From the NCBI GenBank assembly GCA_951406725.2, contig OX597831.1, positions 35,526,001-35,590,000 of the forward strand: DNA of 64,000 nt. The letters are read 5' to 3'. The translations under genes were made by a program, and so were the position numbers. The DNA is from Octopus vulgaris. Its lineage: Eukaryota. The notes below the pieces were generated by a model. That model was not told the DNA's origin and did not search any database. It worked only from the letters and a program-made list of their open reading frames with translations. Positions 26,427-40,700 of this stretch are shown here, piece by piece. The first letter of the stretch is position 1. Each line of letters starts with the position of its first letter.

Positions 26427-26980
26427 CATCATCATCTTTATTGCTTTTGCCATTCCTGTTCATCATTATTGCCATCGTCGCTTTCGTCGTAGTTGTTGCT
26501 GTAGTCATTCATTGCTTTATTATTGAGATGATTTTTTGGCATTACCCCTACCATCACCATTTTCCATCTTTTCTCTCTCTCTTCTCCCTCTCCTACACCT
26601 CCTCCTCCTCCTCCTCCAGCTCATGTCCTTTATCATCACCATCGTCTTTATCATCATTACCATTATCATCATTATCATTATCATCATATCATCATCATCA
26701 TCAACCCCAAGACTGCTATTACGTTCACTACAATCATGTCCTGTCCTCTTCATTATGCTCGCCATCATCAACCTCGAGACCATCATCATCATCATCATCA
26801 TCATCATTGTTATCATGATCATCATTGTCATCTCCATCAAAATCGTAATCACCATCGTACCCATCATCCTCATCATCGACATCATCATCATTCCCACCAT
26901 TGTCATTATCATTATCATTATCATCCTGATTGATCATCATTGGCCTCATCATCATCATCATCATCATCATTACCATCGAC
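26165..26980. repeat. Degenerate (TCA/TTG/GGT)n trinucleotide region
   Basis: Directly visible. Confidence 0.9.
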
Positions 26981-27380
26981 ATCGGCAGAAACTTAATTGT
27001 CAGCGCTTTCAGGAAATTGAATGATTTCAGTTTTAATTTTTTGCAAAGTATTTTTGACAATAAGGATTAAATTTTATCCCTAATTATTATTAAAAAAAAA
27101 CCCCATCAGATAAAGATCTTGTTAAAGATCTTGTAATAAAATACATAATGAAACTGTTATACATGTGATAAAGGTTAATAAACTGTTAAATGAAACAGAT
27201 GAAGAGATATAAAAATCTGGCGAGCACCCTCTTCCTTCTCCACATCATTGATTTAACAACCACTTTTCCCTGCTTGCATGGCTCAGACAGAATTCATCGA
27301 GGCAGATTTTCTACAGCCATTGTCTTTCCTTCCTGTTAATCTGCATTTGTTTCCAGGCACACACACACACACACGCACAT

Positions 27381-27428
<48 letters not shown>

Positions 27429-27539
27429 GACAAAACATACAAATCTGCACATATACATACATACAAACACAAAGACCCTGTTGTTGATGTTGAAATTCCA
27501 ATGAAGGAGCCTTGGACCTAGGTTAGAAACATACATACG

Positions 27540-27745
27540 AGCTGGCAGAATCATTAGCATGCCAGGCGAAATGCTCAGCGGTATTTCATCTGCCGTTATG
27601 TTCTGAGTTCAAATTCCGCTGAGGTCGACTTTGCCTTTCATCCTTTCGGGGTGATTAGATAAGTGCCAGCTATGCACTGGGTCAATGTAATTGACTTAAT
27701 TCCTTTGTTTGTCCCCTCTGTATTTAGCCCCCTGTGGTAAATAAA
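27540..27745 (+). mobile_element. Nin/Deu-domain-like SINE; - strand copies in tandem at ~35170-35830 and at ~42058-42260, 42385-42585
   Basis: GCTGGCAGAATC..GAGTTCAAATTCC head and GCCTTTCATCCTTTCGGGGT..ATAAGT core resembling the Nin domain. Confidence 0.75.
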
Positions 27746-28023
27746 AAATATACATAAATGTTTATATATATATATAGACAACAAGCTGTATTTAGCCCCC
27801 TGTGGTAAATAAAAAATATACATAAATGTTTATATATATATATAGACAACAAGGCACCAATATTTACTGGAAATAGCATTTGATACAATTGATAAAGCTT
27901 CACTGCATATATACTGGCAAAGACATGTGAGTGCAACAAATATGAAAAATTTGTCTTACCTCTAAGAAGAACATTCAATAAATGGACCACCCAGAATCAG
28001 CTAATGATCATTATGTGTGTGTG

Positions 28024-28068
<45 letters not shown>

Positions 28069-28477
28069 CTGTGTGTCTGTGGAGGTACAATAGCCCAGTG
28101 TTTAGAGCAGTGGACTAGTGGCCGTAGGATCGTGGTTTCAATTCCCAGACTGGTTGTTGTGTTTTATGAGTGAAAACACTGAAGGCTCCACAAGGCCCAT
28201 GGCTGGGGTTGGTGGCGAACCCTGCTGTACTCTTTCACCACGACTTTCTCTCACTCTTTCTTCCTGTTTTTGTTGTACCTGTATTTCAAAGGGCCAGCCT
28301 TGTCAAACTCTGTGTCATGTTGAATCCCGCCAAGAACTACGTTAAGGGTATATGTACCTGTGGAGTGCTCAGACACTTGCACATTAATTTCATGATCCGG
28401 CTGTTCCGTTGATTGGATCAACTGGAACCTTCATTGTCGTAACCAATGGAATGCCACGATATATATATATATATATA

Positions 28478-29093
28478 TCGTTTAATATAATAAATGCAAA
28501 TGTCAGTGTGTCAGTGTGTCACACTTTTTCAACTTTCCTCCTAGAGTCCGTAGCCCAACATATCACACCATTTGGGAATCAAGCCAACACTGTGAGGAAA
28601 TTAAAAACATTCCAGGCCGAATCGAGACCCACAATCCTGAAATTTTGGATTCCCAAGTTTTCATTACTCCAATTGTTTCCAGCGATTTTTTTTTATGTGA
28701 CTTTTTTTCTTTTTGTACAATAACACTTTTTATAATCTAAAAGCTGACTCTGAGTAAATTAAAAGCATTCCAGGCTGAATCCAGACCTGCAGTCCTGAAA
28801 CTTTGAATTCCCAAGTTTTTGCTACTGCGATTGTTTTCAACGACTTTTTAACATGATTTTTTTGTGCCGAATATTTTTGTACGATAACAGTTTTTAAAAC
28901 TTGGAAATAAATTAATTGTGAAATCCAGCTATTATATTCAGCAAATTTTTTTATGTGATTTTCTGCGATGAATATGACAACAAATTCTTCAAAACAAGTC
29001 AGAGATCTGTTTGCAGATCTTATCATTAGGGTCAATAGCTTAAAAGCTATATACTAACATAAAAGCCGCCTGATAGGATGGCTTTTAAGCTAG
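28478..29093 (+). mobile_element. Non-autonomous Helitron-like element with an internal ~160-bp tandem duplication
   Basis: 3' hairpin AAAAGCC...GGCTTTT followed by CTAG|T; 5' TC after an A/T run; duplicated AATTAAAA.CATTCCAGGC unit. Confidence 0.6.
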
Positions 29094-29460
29094 TATATAT
29101 ATATATATCTGTATATATGTATGTATATATGTATATATATATATATATTACAGGCATCCCCCCCCACACTAAATAAACATAGACGCACATAGAGATATAA
29201 GCATGCGCAAATGAAGACATACAATAGAAATACAAAATGGCTGACGGTTAGTAAGGAGGGACACAAATAAGAAAGAAGAAAACAAAGGACCACTGATGTG
29301 GTCACAGGAGTGTGACGAAAGAACTCTGGCCGAAATAAGATTGAGTTTAATGTAAAAAATAAATAACACTGTCATATAGCTAGCTAGAGGTGATCGTCTC
29401 TCAGAGCTAATCAGCTGTAGCATTCATCCTATTTCACTGGACTACCATGTTAGTTTGGCA

Positions 29461-29501
<41 letters not shown>

Positions 29502-29908
29502 ATATATAAATCCCGTTCTGTCTGTTTTTTGTATGCTTATAACTCAAATATTGTTCATCTGATTGCACTGAAATTTTAAATAAACGAATGACGATGGATA
29601 CATGAGAGAGCAGAGCATTACACAATCTAAAAAGATTTTCAAAAATTCTCAGTTTCATAGTGATAATTGCTATTTTGGTAATCTTTTTGTCCTGTTTCTT
29701 CCGCCATCGTGTTCATTAAAAGCATCAAGTTGCTCCAACAGCCGGCACATACCATTTCACTGACAACAAGGAGAGTACAAGAGAGTACAAGGAGAGTACA
29801 GGATGGCAGTCATCAAAACTGTTGCTATTCTGTCTCTTTTCTTTCTTCTCTCTGTTTCTCTCTCTATCCTCCTCTCTATATATGTAGAGGGCTCAATACG
29901 ATTATATA

Positions 29909-30310
29909 TCTAATATATAAATTCCGTTCCGTCTGTCTGTTTTTTGTGCACTTATAGCTTGAGTATTGTTCATCTGATCGCACTGAAGTTTTAAACATGG
30001 ATACATGAGAGAGCAGGGTTTTCTGTAATCTAAAAAGATTTTCAAAATTGTCAGTTTCAAAATGAGAATCACTATTTTTGCAATGTTTGCCTGTCCATCG
30101 GATAATTAAAACTTCCATTTTTATTTTTATTCGAAAGTACAGTTACATATCCCCTTGTTCTTACCATTACGTCAGTGAAAATCAAAATAGAATACAATTG
30201 TCTAATGCAAAAGCTAAAGAACTGTTGTTTAAATATCAGAGTACAGTTCCCCAAATGTCTAAGCTTTGACGTGACCATCAACAAAGCCCAGGGCAGTCAC
30301 TCAAAGTTGC
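29909..30310 (+). mobile_element. Helitron remnant with PIF1-like helicase motif; a second copy of its 5' end at ~29497-29690
   Basis: A|TCTAATATATAAA start; RVQFPKCLSFDVTINKAQG matches the Helitron helicase motif R.QFP..LAFAMTINKAQG. Confidence 0.75.
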
Positions 30311-31129
30311 ACCTTGGGCAAGTGTCTTCTACTATAGCCTTGGGCCCACCAAAGCCTTGTGAGTGTATTTGGTAGACGGAAACTGAAACAAGCCCGTCAT
30401 ATATATATATGTGTGTGTGTATATATATATATATATGTATGTATCTATGTGTGTGTATATGTTTGTGTGTCTGTGTTTGTCCCCCCAACATTGCTTGACA
30501 ATAGATGTTGGTGTGTTTATGTCCCCGTAACTTAGTGGTTTGGCAAAAGAGGCCGATAGAATAAGTACTAGGCTTACAAAGAATAATTCCTGGGGTCGAT
30601 TTGCTTGACTAAAGGCGGTGCTCCAGCATGGCTGCAATCAAATGACTGAAACAAGTAAAAGAATTAAAGGAAAGAATAAAACATCAATGTATCTGATCTG
30701 GCTTTCGTACCGTTCCACAATTCCACTGTTATGAATTAGTACTGTTTTTTGTTTTTTTTTTGTACTAGACCCCAAATATATATATAAAGGCCAAAATTGA
30801 CTTCTGCAGGACTTGAACTCAGCACAGCAGAGTCAGAACAAAAACACTACAAAACATACTACCCAGTGCTCTGGTGAGTTACCAAACACACATATAACAG
30901 GCAACAGGCTCTTTGATTGGATTTGAGCTTAATGTCTGCTGATTTCCAGGTGACTATGTTACTAATTACACCACAGAGCGATACCTGGTTCTGCTTTAAC
31001 ACTTTATTAAAAGTCAGTCAGTTGCCAATATTTTCTGATTCTTTTACTTACACTTAATAAAACCAAGACAACAGAAAGGAAGAATATTTAAAAAAAAAAA
31101 ATAGAAAAAGACATGAATTCACACTTACA

Positions 31130-31193
31130 TATAATTACACACACGCACACACTTATATACATATATATGTGCATATATGTATGCATATATATG

Positions 31194-31237
<44 letters not shown>

Positions 31238-32094
31238 TACATAAAGATAGCTATATAGATAGATAGATGGATAGATATACTTATATTTACATATATATAT
31301 ATATGGATGTATAAGCAGATATATGTATATATATATGTGCATACACACACACATATATATGCACATACATATGTGTATATATATACATATGTGTGTATAT
31401 ATATATACATACATATATATATATACACATACATACATATATACATACAATCATATATATATATACATACATATATATACACACATACATAAATACACAC
31501 ACGCATACATACATGCATACATACACACATACACACATACATACATACATACATGAACACATACACACATACATACATACATACATGCATAACACACACG
31601 CATTGTACACAGGTAACGTTTCCCCAAATGGAAATTAACTGAAAATAGGCAGCTCGTTGTTGTTGTCGTTGTCGTTGTTGTTGTTGTTTTTCTGCTGCAT
31701 GCTGACTTCGTTCTCTTCTTGAATACCAATGTCATAGTCGAGATTCTACTTAGAGGAATACATAAAATACTTCGATAACACATATTATGATCATTATGGC
31801 TTTTAGTGCTTTTGTGTTTCAAGACATTTGCGACTGCTTTGCTAGACTGGCTTTCACTCACCTTACTCTTCTCATAAATGTTTAAACTTCAGTTTGCGAG
31901 TCTGTTATGTATGAGGTTATGGGTGTTTGTGTGGGTGTGTATGTGGGGGGGGGTATGTGCGGGTGTGTGTGTGTGTGCATCTGTATACTTATATACGTTG
32001 TCTCTTGATATATATATATGTGTGCTTGTATACACACATTCATATATATCATTCATATATATATGTAAATGTATTATATATGTATGTATGTATG

Positions 32095-32126
<32 letters not shown>

Positions 32127-32329
32127 CATGTGCGTGCATGGGTGTGTGCATTGCATGCGTGTGTGTGTGTATATGTGTGTATACACTTATATACGTAATC
32201 GCTTTCGATATACGTATGTGTCTGTATACACACATTCATATATATCATTCATATATATATACATATATATATATGAATATATGTATATATATATGCATAT
32301 ATGCATGTATGTGTATATATGTATGCATG

Positions 32330-32369
<40 letters not shown>

Positions 32370-32620
32370 TGTGTGTCTATGTATGCATGCATGTGTTTAT
32401 ATCTATCTATATATATATGTATATATATATCGAGAGAGAGACAGAGACAGAGAGAGAACAAGAGAATAGGTATACACACACATACACACACACACTCATA
32501 TGCACATATTTTTATACATATGTATATAAATGTATTTTTATATGTTTATATGCATTTACGTATCTGCATGTATAACATATATGAAAACATGTATATATAG
32601 ATAGACACATACAAACTTGC

Positions 32621-32660
<40 letters not shown>

Positions 32661-33008
32661 TTGTATATATCCTTCTCTCATCTAGATATACTTCAGAAAC
32701 ATAACATATATTTGAGAGAAAAGATCAAAGACATTCCAATCTTTTTCTTTGAAACATTTTTATTTTTAGTTATGTTTTTTTTTTTCATTTCTACCTATTT
32801 TTTGTGCACTTTATAATTTTTCTTTATACTTTACCTTCACTTGAAAATTCCGTATTTCCAATGTTTTTTTTTAATTCACCTCTTGTTTTTGTTTTTTATT
32901 TTGTGTGTTGTTGTTTCTGTTTTTGTTTTGCAGTTTTTTATGACTTGACAACATTTCCAAGTAAATTGATTTCAATGTTTTAACGTTTTAAGAAATTGAG
33001 AATTGGAA

Positions 33009-33085
<77 letters not shown>

Positions 33086-33089
33086 CGAA

Positions 33090-33143
<54 letters not shown>

Positions 33144-33597
33144 TATTTATATGTATATGTGTATGTATATGAATATATTTGTACATATATGTGTATATAT
33201 TTACTCACACATACGCATGCATGTATATATGTATGTGTATATATATATATATATATATATGAATATATATATGTATATATATGTGTATATATATATATAT
33301 ATATATGTCTATGTATATATATATGTGTATACATATATGTTTGTATATGCATTTATATACATATATATATATATGTATGTATATGTATATATATATGTAT
33401 ATATATGTGTGTATATATAGGTACAAATATGTATATATAGATGTATATATACATGTTTCTGTATGTATAAGCATGTGTGTATATATGTGTATACATATAC
33501 ATCCATATATATACATTTATATATATATATATATATACATATATATATACATATACATATATATATACATATATACATATATATATATATGTATATA

Positions 33598-33652
<55 letters not shown>

Positions 33653-33675
33653 ATATATATATAAATATATATATA
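31130..33675. repeat. Large (TA)n/(TACA)n/(AAT)n low-complexity block
   Basis: Directly visible; source of YI/CV-repeat ORFs. Confidence 0.95.
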
Positions 33676-34405
33676 AAGTTAAATTTTTGGTTTCTGATGC
33701 GCTGCTTCACTAAGCAGCTTTACAACTTCTCTGCAGAAAATATTTAAATTGATTGGGCCCTGATGATATAGACTGTAAACTCTTTGATATTGTTACCTAT
33801 CTTTCCTTGTTTTATTTCATTTCATTTCATTTCATATTTTATTTTATTTTATTTGTTTTTTTATTTCATTTTTCTTTTGTTTTGTTTTGTATTTTCTTAT
33901 TTCAATTGTTGGTTAGTTATTAATACAAGAAAATAAGTTTAAGAACTAGCAAAAAAAAAAAATCAAAATTAATAAGTAAATAAAAAAACTAAAAAATAAA
34001 TAAATATAATAGAAATAAAAATAAAAGCAAATAAAATAAAAGAAAATTAAAAGAGAGAAGTAAAAGCTTAAAGCATCTTCCTCATATTAGTTTATATTTT
34101 TGACTCCTATTGGAAAAACTAATCTGAAATTGGTGTGTGAACATATTTATAGAAAGTAATCTCTTAAAAATAATTTTGTTTTATGTTTCTCTCTCTCTCT
34201 ACCTCTGATTCTGTCTCTTTATTCCTCTCTCTTTCTCTCCCTGTTTTTATCTATCCCTGCTTTCCTCTTCCCCCCTCTCTGTCTCTCTCACACTTCCCAG
34301 TGTCTCTCAAGTATTTTTGCTTACCATTTGACCTCAAGATCATGAGTTCACACCTCGGCCGAGCAGTGTAATAAAGATTTAAAGTTTCAGCTTAAGGACA
34401 GCTCT

Positions 34406-35170
34406 TTAATCCTTTTGTTACTGTTTTTCTCTTGAGATGGTCTTTGTTTCTTTCAATTAATTTTAAATATAACAAAGAATTTAATAAAATAACTTAGTTA
34501 TCATTAAGCTAGTGTTAGGAACATAAATTGTGACTAAGGTTTGCTGGGAGATTTTAACAAAGAATTTAGTAAAATAACTTAATTATCATTAAGCTAGAGT
34601 TAGGAACGTAAATTGTGACTAAGGTTTGGTGGAAGATTTTAATTCAGAACTTATGAAAACAAGACATTTGTACTGCAGAGCTAGAGGTGATTTAAAAATA
34701 TCATGGTGACTTTAACCCTTTTGTAACTGTATTTATTTTGAGATGATCTGTATTTCTTTCAATTTATTCTGAATATATCAAAGAATTTAGTAAAATAACT
34801 TAGTTATCATTAAGCTAGTGTTAGGAACATAAATTGTGACTAAGGTTTGGTGGAAGATTTTAATTCAGAACTTATGCAAACAAGACATTTGTACTACAGA
34901 TCCAAAACCGGTTTCAGCCAGGTTGGTAATGAAAGGGTTAACCCTTTTGTTACTGTATTTATTTTGAGGTGTTCTCTGTTTCTTTCAATTAATTTTCAAT
35001 ATAACAAAAAATTTAATAAAATAACTTAGTTATCTATCATTCAGCTAGTGCTAGGAACATAAATTGTGACTAAGGTTTGGTGGAAGATTTTAATTCAAAA
35101 CTTATGCAAACAAGACATTTGTACTCAGAGCCAGAGCCTGTTTCAGCTGGGTTGGTAATGAAAGGGTTAA
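34406..35170. mobile_element. Head-to-tail array of ~3 piggyBac-type MITE units
   Basis: TTAA(C/T)CCTTTTGT(T/A)AC starts and AATGAAAGGGTTAA ends; a shared TTAA at 34938-41. Confidence 0.7.
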
Positions 35171-35899
35171 GGGGAGGGATTAAGTCAATTACATAGACCC
35201 CAATGTTCAAATAATATTTATCTTATTGACCTCAAAAGGATGAAAGGGAAAGTCGACCCTGGTGAAATTTGAACTCTGAATGTAAAAACAGATGAAATAC
35301 CACTAAGCATTTTACCATGCTAAGCATTATGCATAGCATGCTAACAATTCTGCCATCATGTTACCTTACATGGTGATGTAACATTGGTATCAAATTTTGG
35401 CATGAGGCCTGAAATTTGAGGGGAGGGGACTAGTTGATTACATTGACCCCAGTGTTTCACTGATATTTAATTTATCGACCTGAAAGGATGAAAGGCAAAG
35501 TCGACCTCAGTGTAATTTGAACTCAGAATATAGCAATGGGTGAAATGCCGCTAAGCATTTCATCCAGCATGCTAACAATTCTGCCAGCTCACTACCTTAA
35601 GCAGGTGCAATATTCTTTTCAGTTCTAGGCACAAGGCCTGAAATTTTTGGGGAGGTGAGGGCCAGTCAATTAGATTGACCCCAGTATGCAACTGGTACTT
35701 AATTTATTGACCCTGAAAAGATGAACGGCAAAGTTGACCTTGGTGGAATTTGAACTCAGAATGTAAAGACAGACGAAATACCACTAAGCATTACGCCCTG
35801 TGTTCTAACGATTCTGCCAGGTTGCCACCTTAGGCAGGTGTAATATTGCCTTGTACATACAGCTCTGATGAAAATAGCTACTAGGCTACATCATTTCCT

Positions 35900-36790
35900 T
35901 GTGTGTGTGTGTGTGTACTTGTATGTGTGTGTGTTTGTGTGTGCACATGTATGTGTCTGTTTGTGTGCATGCATATCTGTGTGTGTTAGCAGCATTGTGT
36001 ATGTGCATGTGTGTGCATATGCCTGTATGTTAGTGTGTATGTGTGCATATGTATGTGTGTGTTAGCAGCATTGTGTCTGTGTATATATGATCAAGTGTGT
36101 GTGTGTGTGCATATGTATGTGCATGTGTGTGTGCATTTATAAGCAAGTGTTTGTATGTGCGTGTGTGTGTGTGTGCGCATACATGTATGAGCAAGTGTAT
36201 TTGTATGTGCATGTATGAGCATGTGTATGTGTATGTATGTGTGTGCATGCACATGTATGAGCAAATGTGTGTGTGTGTGTGTTTATACGAGCAAGTTATA
36301 TGTGTGTGTATAAACAAGTGTATGTGTGCATATGCAAGCAAGTGTTTGTGTGTGCGTGTGTGTGGGTGCACATACATGTATGAGCAAGTGTATTTTTATG
36401 TGCATGTATGAGCAAGTGTATGTGTGTGTATGTGTATGTATGTGTGTGCATGCACATGTATGAGCAAATGTGTGTGCGTGTGTTTATATGAGCAAGTTGT
36501 ATGTGTGTGTATAAACAAGTGTATGTGTGCATGTATAAGCAAATGTGTGTGTGCATGTCGGTATGTGTGTGTGTATGTATGATCAAGTGTACGTGTGTGT
36601 GTGTGTGCACATATGTGTGTATGTGTGTGTGTGTGTGAATGAGCAAGTGTGTGTGCATATGTGTGTGCATGCATGTTGTATGTGTGTGTGTGTATGTATG
36701 AACAAGTGTATATGTGTGTATGTGTGTGTGAATGAGCAAGTGTGTGCATGTGAGTGCGCATGTGTGTGTGTGTGTGTGCATGCATGCGGT
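35900..36790. repeat. (TG)n-rich minisatellite with a recurring ATGAGCAAGTG unit
   Basis: Directly visible. Confidence 0.9.
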
Positions 36791-38437
36791 GTTAAAGAAT
36801 GAAAGAAAAACATCTAACTGTAAACAAAAAAAAAGGAACAGCTTCCTTGTTCCCTTCTTAGAATTCATAAGCATAGAGCTGAATTGACAAATACCTATTT
36901 CACCCCACAGGTATGGACATAGAAATATGAAAATCATTATCCATAACCGAGGAAGGAGGTGGTCGAAGTTATGCAATAAGCATTTCAATCTTTGACTCTC
37001 AATATTAATAAACGTTTTCCACAGGCTGGTAAGTTCTTGGCTTCTCAAAGCAGTTCCGGCTCTGATATTTTTATCAGATATATTGGTTTACTTAGACTTC
37101 ATTTTCTGCCACGATACATCCAAGTCTGTTATTGATGTGAAGAACACTGTTGGTAGTGTTATCCAAACTGACCTTGTTAAACGTTTCTATTTTCTTTCCA
37201 AAATAATTGCTTCCTTGTTTGGCAATTATTTTATAACGGTGGTTTTAAAAGAAGCGTATAGGTGAAGGAGTGGCTATGTGGTAAGTAGCTTGCTTACCAA
37301 CCACATGGTTCTAGGTTCGGTCCCACTGCATGGCACCTTGGACAAGTGTCTTTTACTATATCTTCAAGCTGACCAAAGCCTTGTGAGTGGATTTGGTAGA
37401 CAGAAACTGAAAGAAGCCTGTCATATATATAGGTGCAGGAGTGGCTGTGTGGTAAATAGTTTGCTTACCAACTACATGGTTCTGGGTTCAGTAACGCTAC
37501 ATGGCACCTTGGGCAAGTGTCTTTTACTATAGCTTCAGGCTGACCAAAGCCTTGTGAGTGGATTTAGTAGATGGAAACTGAAAGAGGCCCATTGTATATA
37601 TATATGTGTGTATATTTGTGTGTCAGTGTTTGTTCTCCCACCATCACTTGATAACCAATCATGGTGTATTTACATCCCCGTAACCTAGTGTTTCGGCAAA
37701 AGAGATCAATAGAATAAGTACTAGGCTTACAAAGAATAAGTCCTGGGGCTGATTTCTCAGTTTCCATCACATAAAAATTTCCCGACCTGGATGAGATGCC
37801 AGTCCATCACAGGATTCCTAACTTTTGCCAGCGGAATGGACTGAAGCAACGTGAAATGACTTGTTTTGCTCAAGAATACAATGCATCGCTTACAAGAGGA
37901 ACCGAAACCACAACCTTATGATCATGAGTCCAACATCCTAACCACTAAGCCACATGCTTTCATTTGCAGAATATTTGAAATGGTCGATGCTGTTGTATGA
38001 TTGTGACACTCACAGGTATCACGCAATGTGAAGAAAAGGAGACACAAACATAACACTTGCACACATGTGCACACACACACACACACACACACACATGTCC
38101 ATATACATGATGGGCTTCTTTCAGTTTCTGTTTACCAAGCCCACTGACAAGGTTTCAGTCTGTCTGCTGCTATAGAAGAAGGCACTTGCCCAAGATGCTG
38201 TGCAGTGGGATTGAACTCAAAACCATGTGGATGGGAAGCAAATTTCTTAACCACACATCCCGTGTTTGTGCTCAGGATTATCATTCAATATGATCATTAT
38301 TTCTAAAGACAGTCAGGCACTACATGAGGTGGTGGTGGAGGTGAGAATTTTCTATTGCTATTACTAGAAGCTTCCGTGTTGGTTTGTATTCATTCAGTAA
38401 CTCCTTGTTGATGTTGTTGTTGTTATTGTTTCCCTAG

Positions 38438-38539
38438 GTACCTCAGTATTACAAACTACAAGAATATGAACCATGCGATATACATGAAGCAGCTGTCTCC
38501 TACTTGCACCCAGATCCTGAAAGGTACACGCCCATGACG
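38438..38539 (+). CDS. CFAP221: Internal coding exon (34 aa, VPQYYKLQEYEPCDIHEAAVSYLHPDPERYTPMT) of a CFAP221/PCDP1-like gene
   Basis: Acceptor TTTCCCTAG (AG 38436-37), strong donor GTGAGT at 38540, 102 nt, phase 0-0. Resembles recalled human CFAP221 VPQLYKIKRYQPFSVHKSSTSY. Confidence 0.85.
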
Positions 38540-38999
38540 GTGAGTAAGTTTCATATTTGTTTTGATCCATGTTTCTTGAATTATTACAGCATATTCAATA
38601 CGTACTATACTAAAATACAGTATATCCTAAAATACTTCACGGCTGTGCTCCAGCATGGCTGCAGTCAATTGGCTAAAACTAATAAAAGTAAAAGATATAT
38701 CTATATGTCTGTCTATCTATATATCTATCTTCCCTCTATCTAAATATATTTATATATATTTATATTGTGACTACATATAGATATATGCTCTTTACTCTTT
38801 CACTTTTGTACTTTTTTTTGTTTCAGTCATTTGACTGTGGCCATGCTGGAGCATCGCCTTTAGCTGAGCAAATCGACCCTAGGACTTATTCTTTGCAAAC
38901 CTAGTACTTATTCTATCGGTAACTTCTGCCTAACCGCTAAGTTACGGGATGTAAACACTCACACACACATGCATACACACGCACAAGAGTGCTGTAATT

Positions 39000-39885
39000 T
39001 GCTTGGACCAACAAATGTAGAAAAAGAAAAGGGAAATAAAGAAAGTTTTTAACAATCCCGAAGATTTTGTAAAAACCTTTATATTTTGGGTGCAAAGGCC
39101 TATCTTCAGAAAGAAGCAGTCCAAGAAATGTGTATTTACTTTAATTTCGTTATTGTATTTTTAAACTGCTTGGTATTTGGGTTATCAGCGGTAGCAACTC
39201 TCCAACCATTGGTGTAAGCAACTCTCTGACTTGGTCTTTGATGGAGTTTCACATCATGGTGATGGAAGATAGTGTTGGTAGCATATGTTATGATGTTGGC
39301 CATAATCACCATGATCTATTCATAAGAGTCACTGGCCCCTCCCCGATGGACTGTTGATCCTTGGGTTGAGGCAGTGGATCAATATAGTTTCCTTGATAAA
39401 AGATTGCCTATGTTCTTCTCCAAGGCTAGTATGGAGACATCTATCTCTTTGGTGGTGTCACCACATTTAATTAAGTTTTTTTGTGGAAGGAAGCTGCATC
39501 AGTAGTCAGTTGGGACTGAACCCAGAACCATATGGTTAAAAAGCAAACTTCTTACCACACAGCCATGCCTACCACACTTGATGCATTTGTTTTGTTTTTT
39601 TGCCAGTTTTCTTTGCCATAGCTCTTGAGGGACAACTCCCTCATAACACTGGGTATCAAAACACCTGAATGTTATAGTCAGGCAAGGCAATCCACATTTG
39701 ATCAAATTCAGGAATGACAGATACTGATATTTCGCCATTTGTGTGTGGCTTATCAACATCACATATGTGAATTGAACTGGGGACTAATCGAATCGAACCA
39801 CCAATCTATGACTATATATAGATAGATAGTGTAAGAATTAATTGCTGGTGTGCTATAGCAATGCAAACAAAAGATTAAATTCAAT

Positions 39886-39932
<47 letters not shown>

Positions 39933-40700
39933 TGGCAATTTACAAAAAAAACAAAAGACGGAGATGGATGTGTAAACAACAAACAGATGTATTAGTTTAA
40001 CGCTCGGGAAGTGGGAAAGTCTTTTACGTTTCGAGCCTAAACTCTTTGACAGAAAGGAACACAGAAATAAACAGGGAGAGAAAATAGAAAAAGGTTTAGT
40101 GGCTAGTGATCTATATGGTTCAAAATGCAACATATCAGATATTGAAGCCATCCTCATCATGTGAGATGACCTTAGATGGTCATGTCATCCCTCATGTATT
40201 AGTGATATCTGAATTCCAAAGCAACTTCTTGGCCAGTTCCCAACAGGAAGGCTGCTCTTTCACTTCAATGACAAGCTAAAGACAATCTGAAGTGATGCAA
40301 TATTCCATCAACATCTTGGAGAAAGCAAGCATTAGAATGTAGGACCTAGTACCAGTCCTGTTTCTCCTCAGTTCAAAGATTGGAGCAAATTTGACTCCAA
40401 CGTTGGGACCAACTTTGCGCAAGTATGAAGGCATGCTTGCAAAACACTGCTCCTCTAAATGGAAACCGTATCTGCCATCGTGGTTTTTGTGGCACAAAGC
40501 AAAGCAGACCTTGCCATCCACTCATGTAAACCCATAGTAAATGATCCTCAAGCACTCAAGAAAACTGAGTCCTCAACACGTTCCATATACCAAAAAGGTT
40601 TGCAATGCACCAGCAGGCCTCGAGAGATATATATGTGTCCATAGAATATGATTAATGCTTTATTTTACTGAACCCTGATTTGTCTTTCATGACAAGAGAA
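39000..40700 (-). mobile_element. Highly decayed, probably Penelope-like RT remnants, interrupted by other repeats
   Basis: NEIKVNTHFLDCFFLK..KVFTK resembles the PLE RT motif E....PFLD....T.VYRK; many stops and frameshifts. Confidence 0.35.

Noticed and set aside
36905-37260. Unique-looking stretch with splice-like signals
   Set aside because: No frame-consistent exon or recognisable homology; possibly decayed retroelement sequence.
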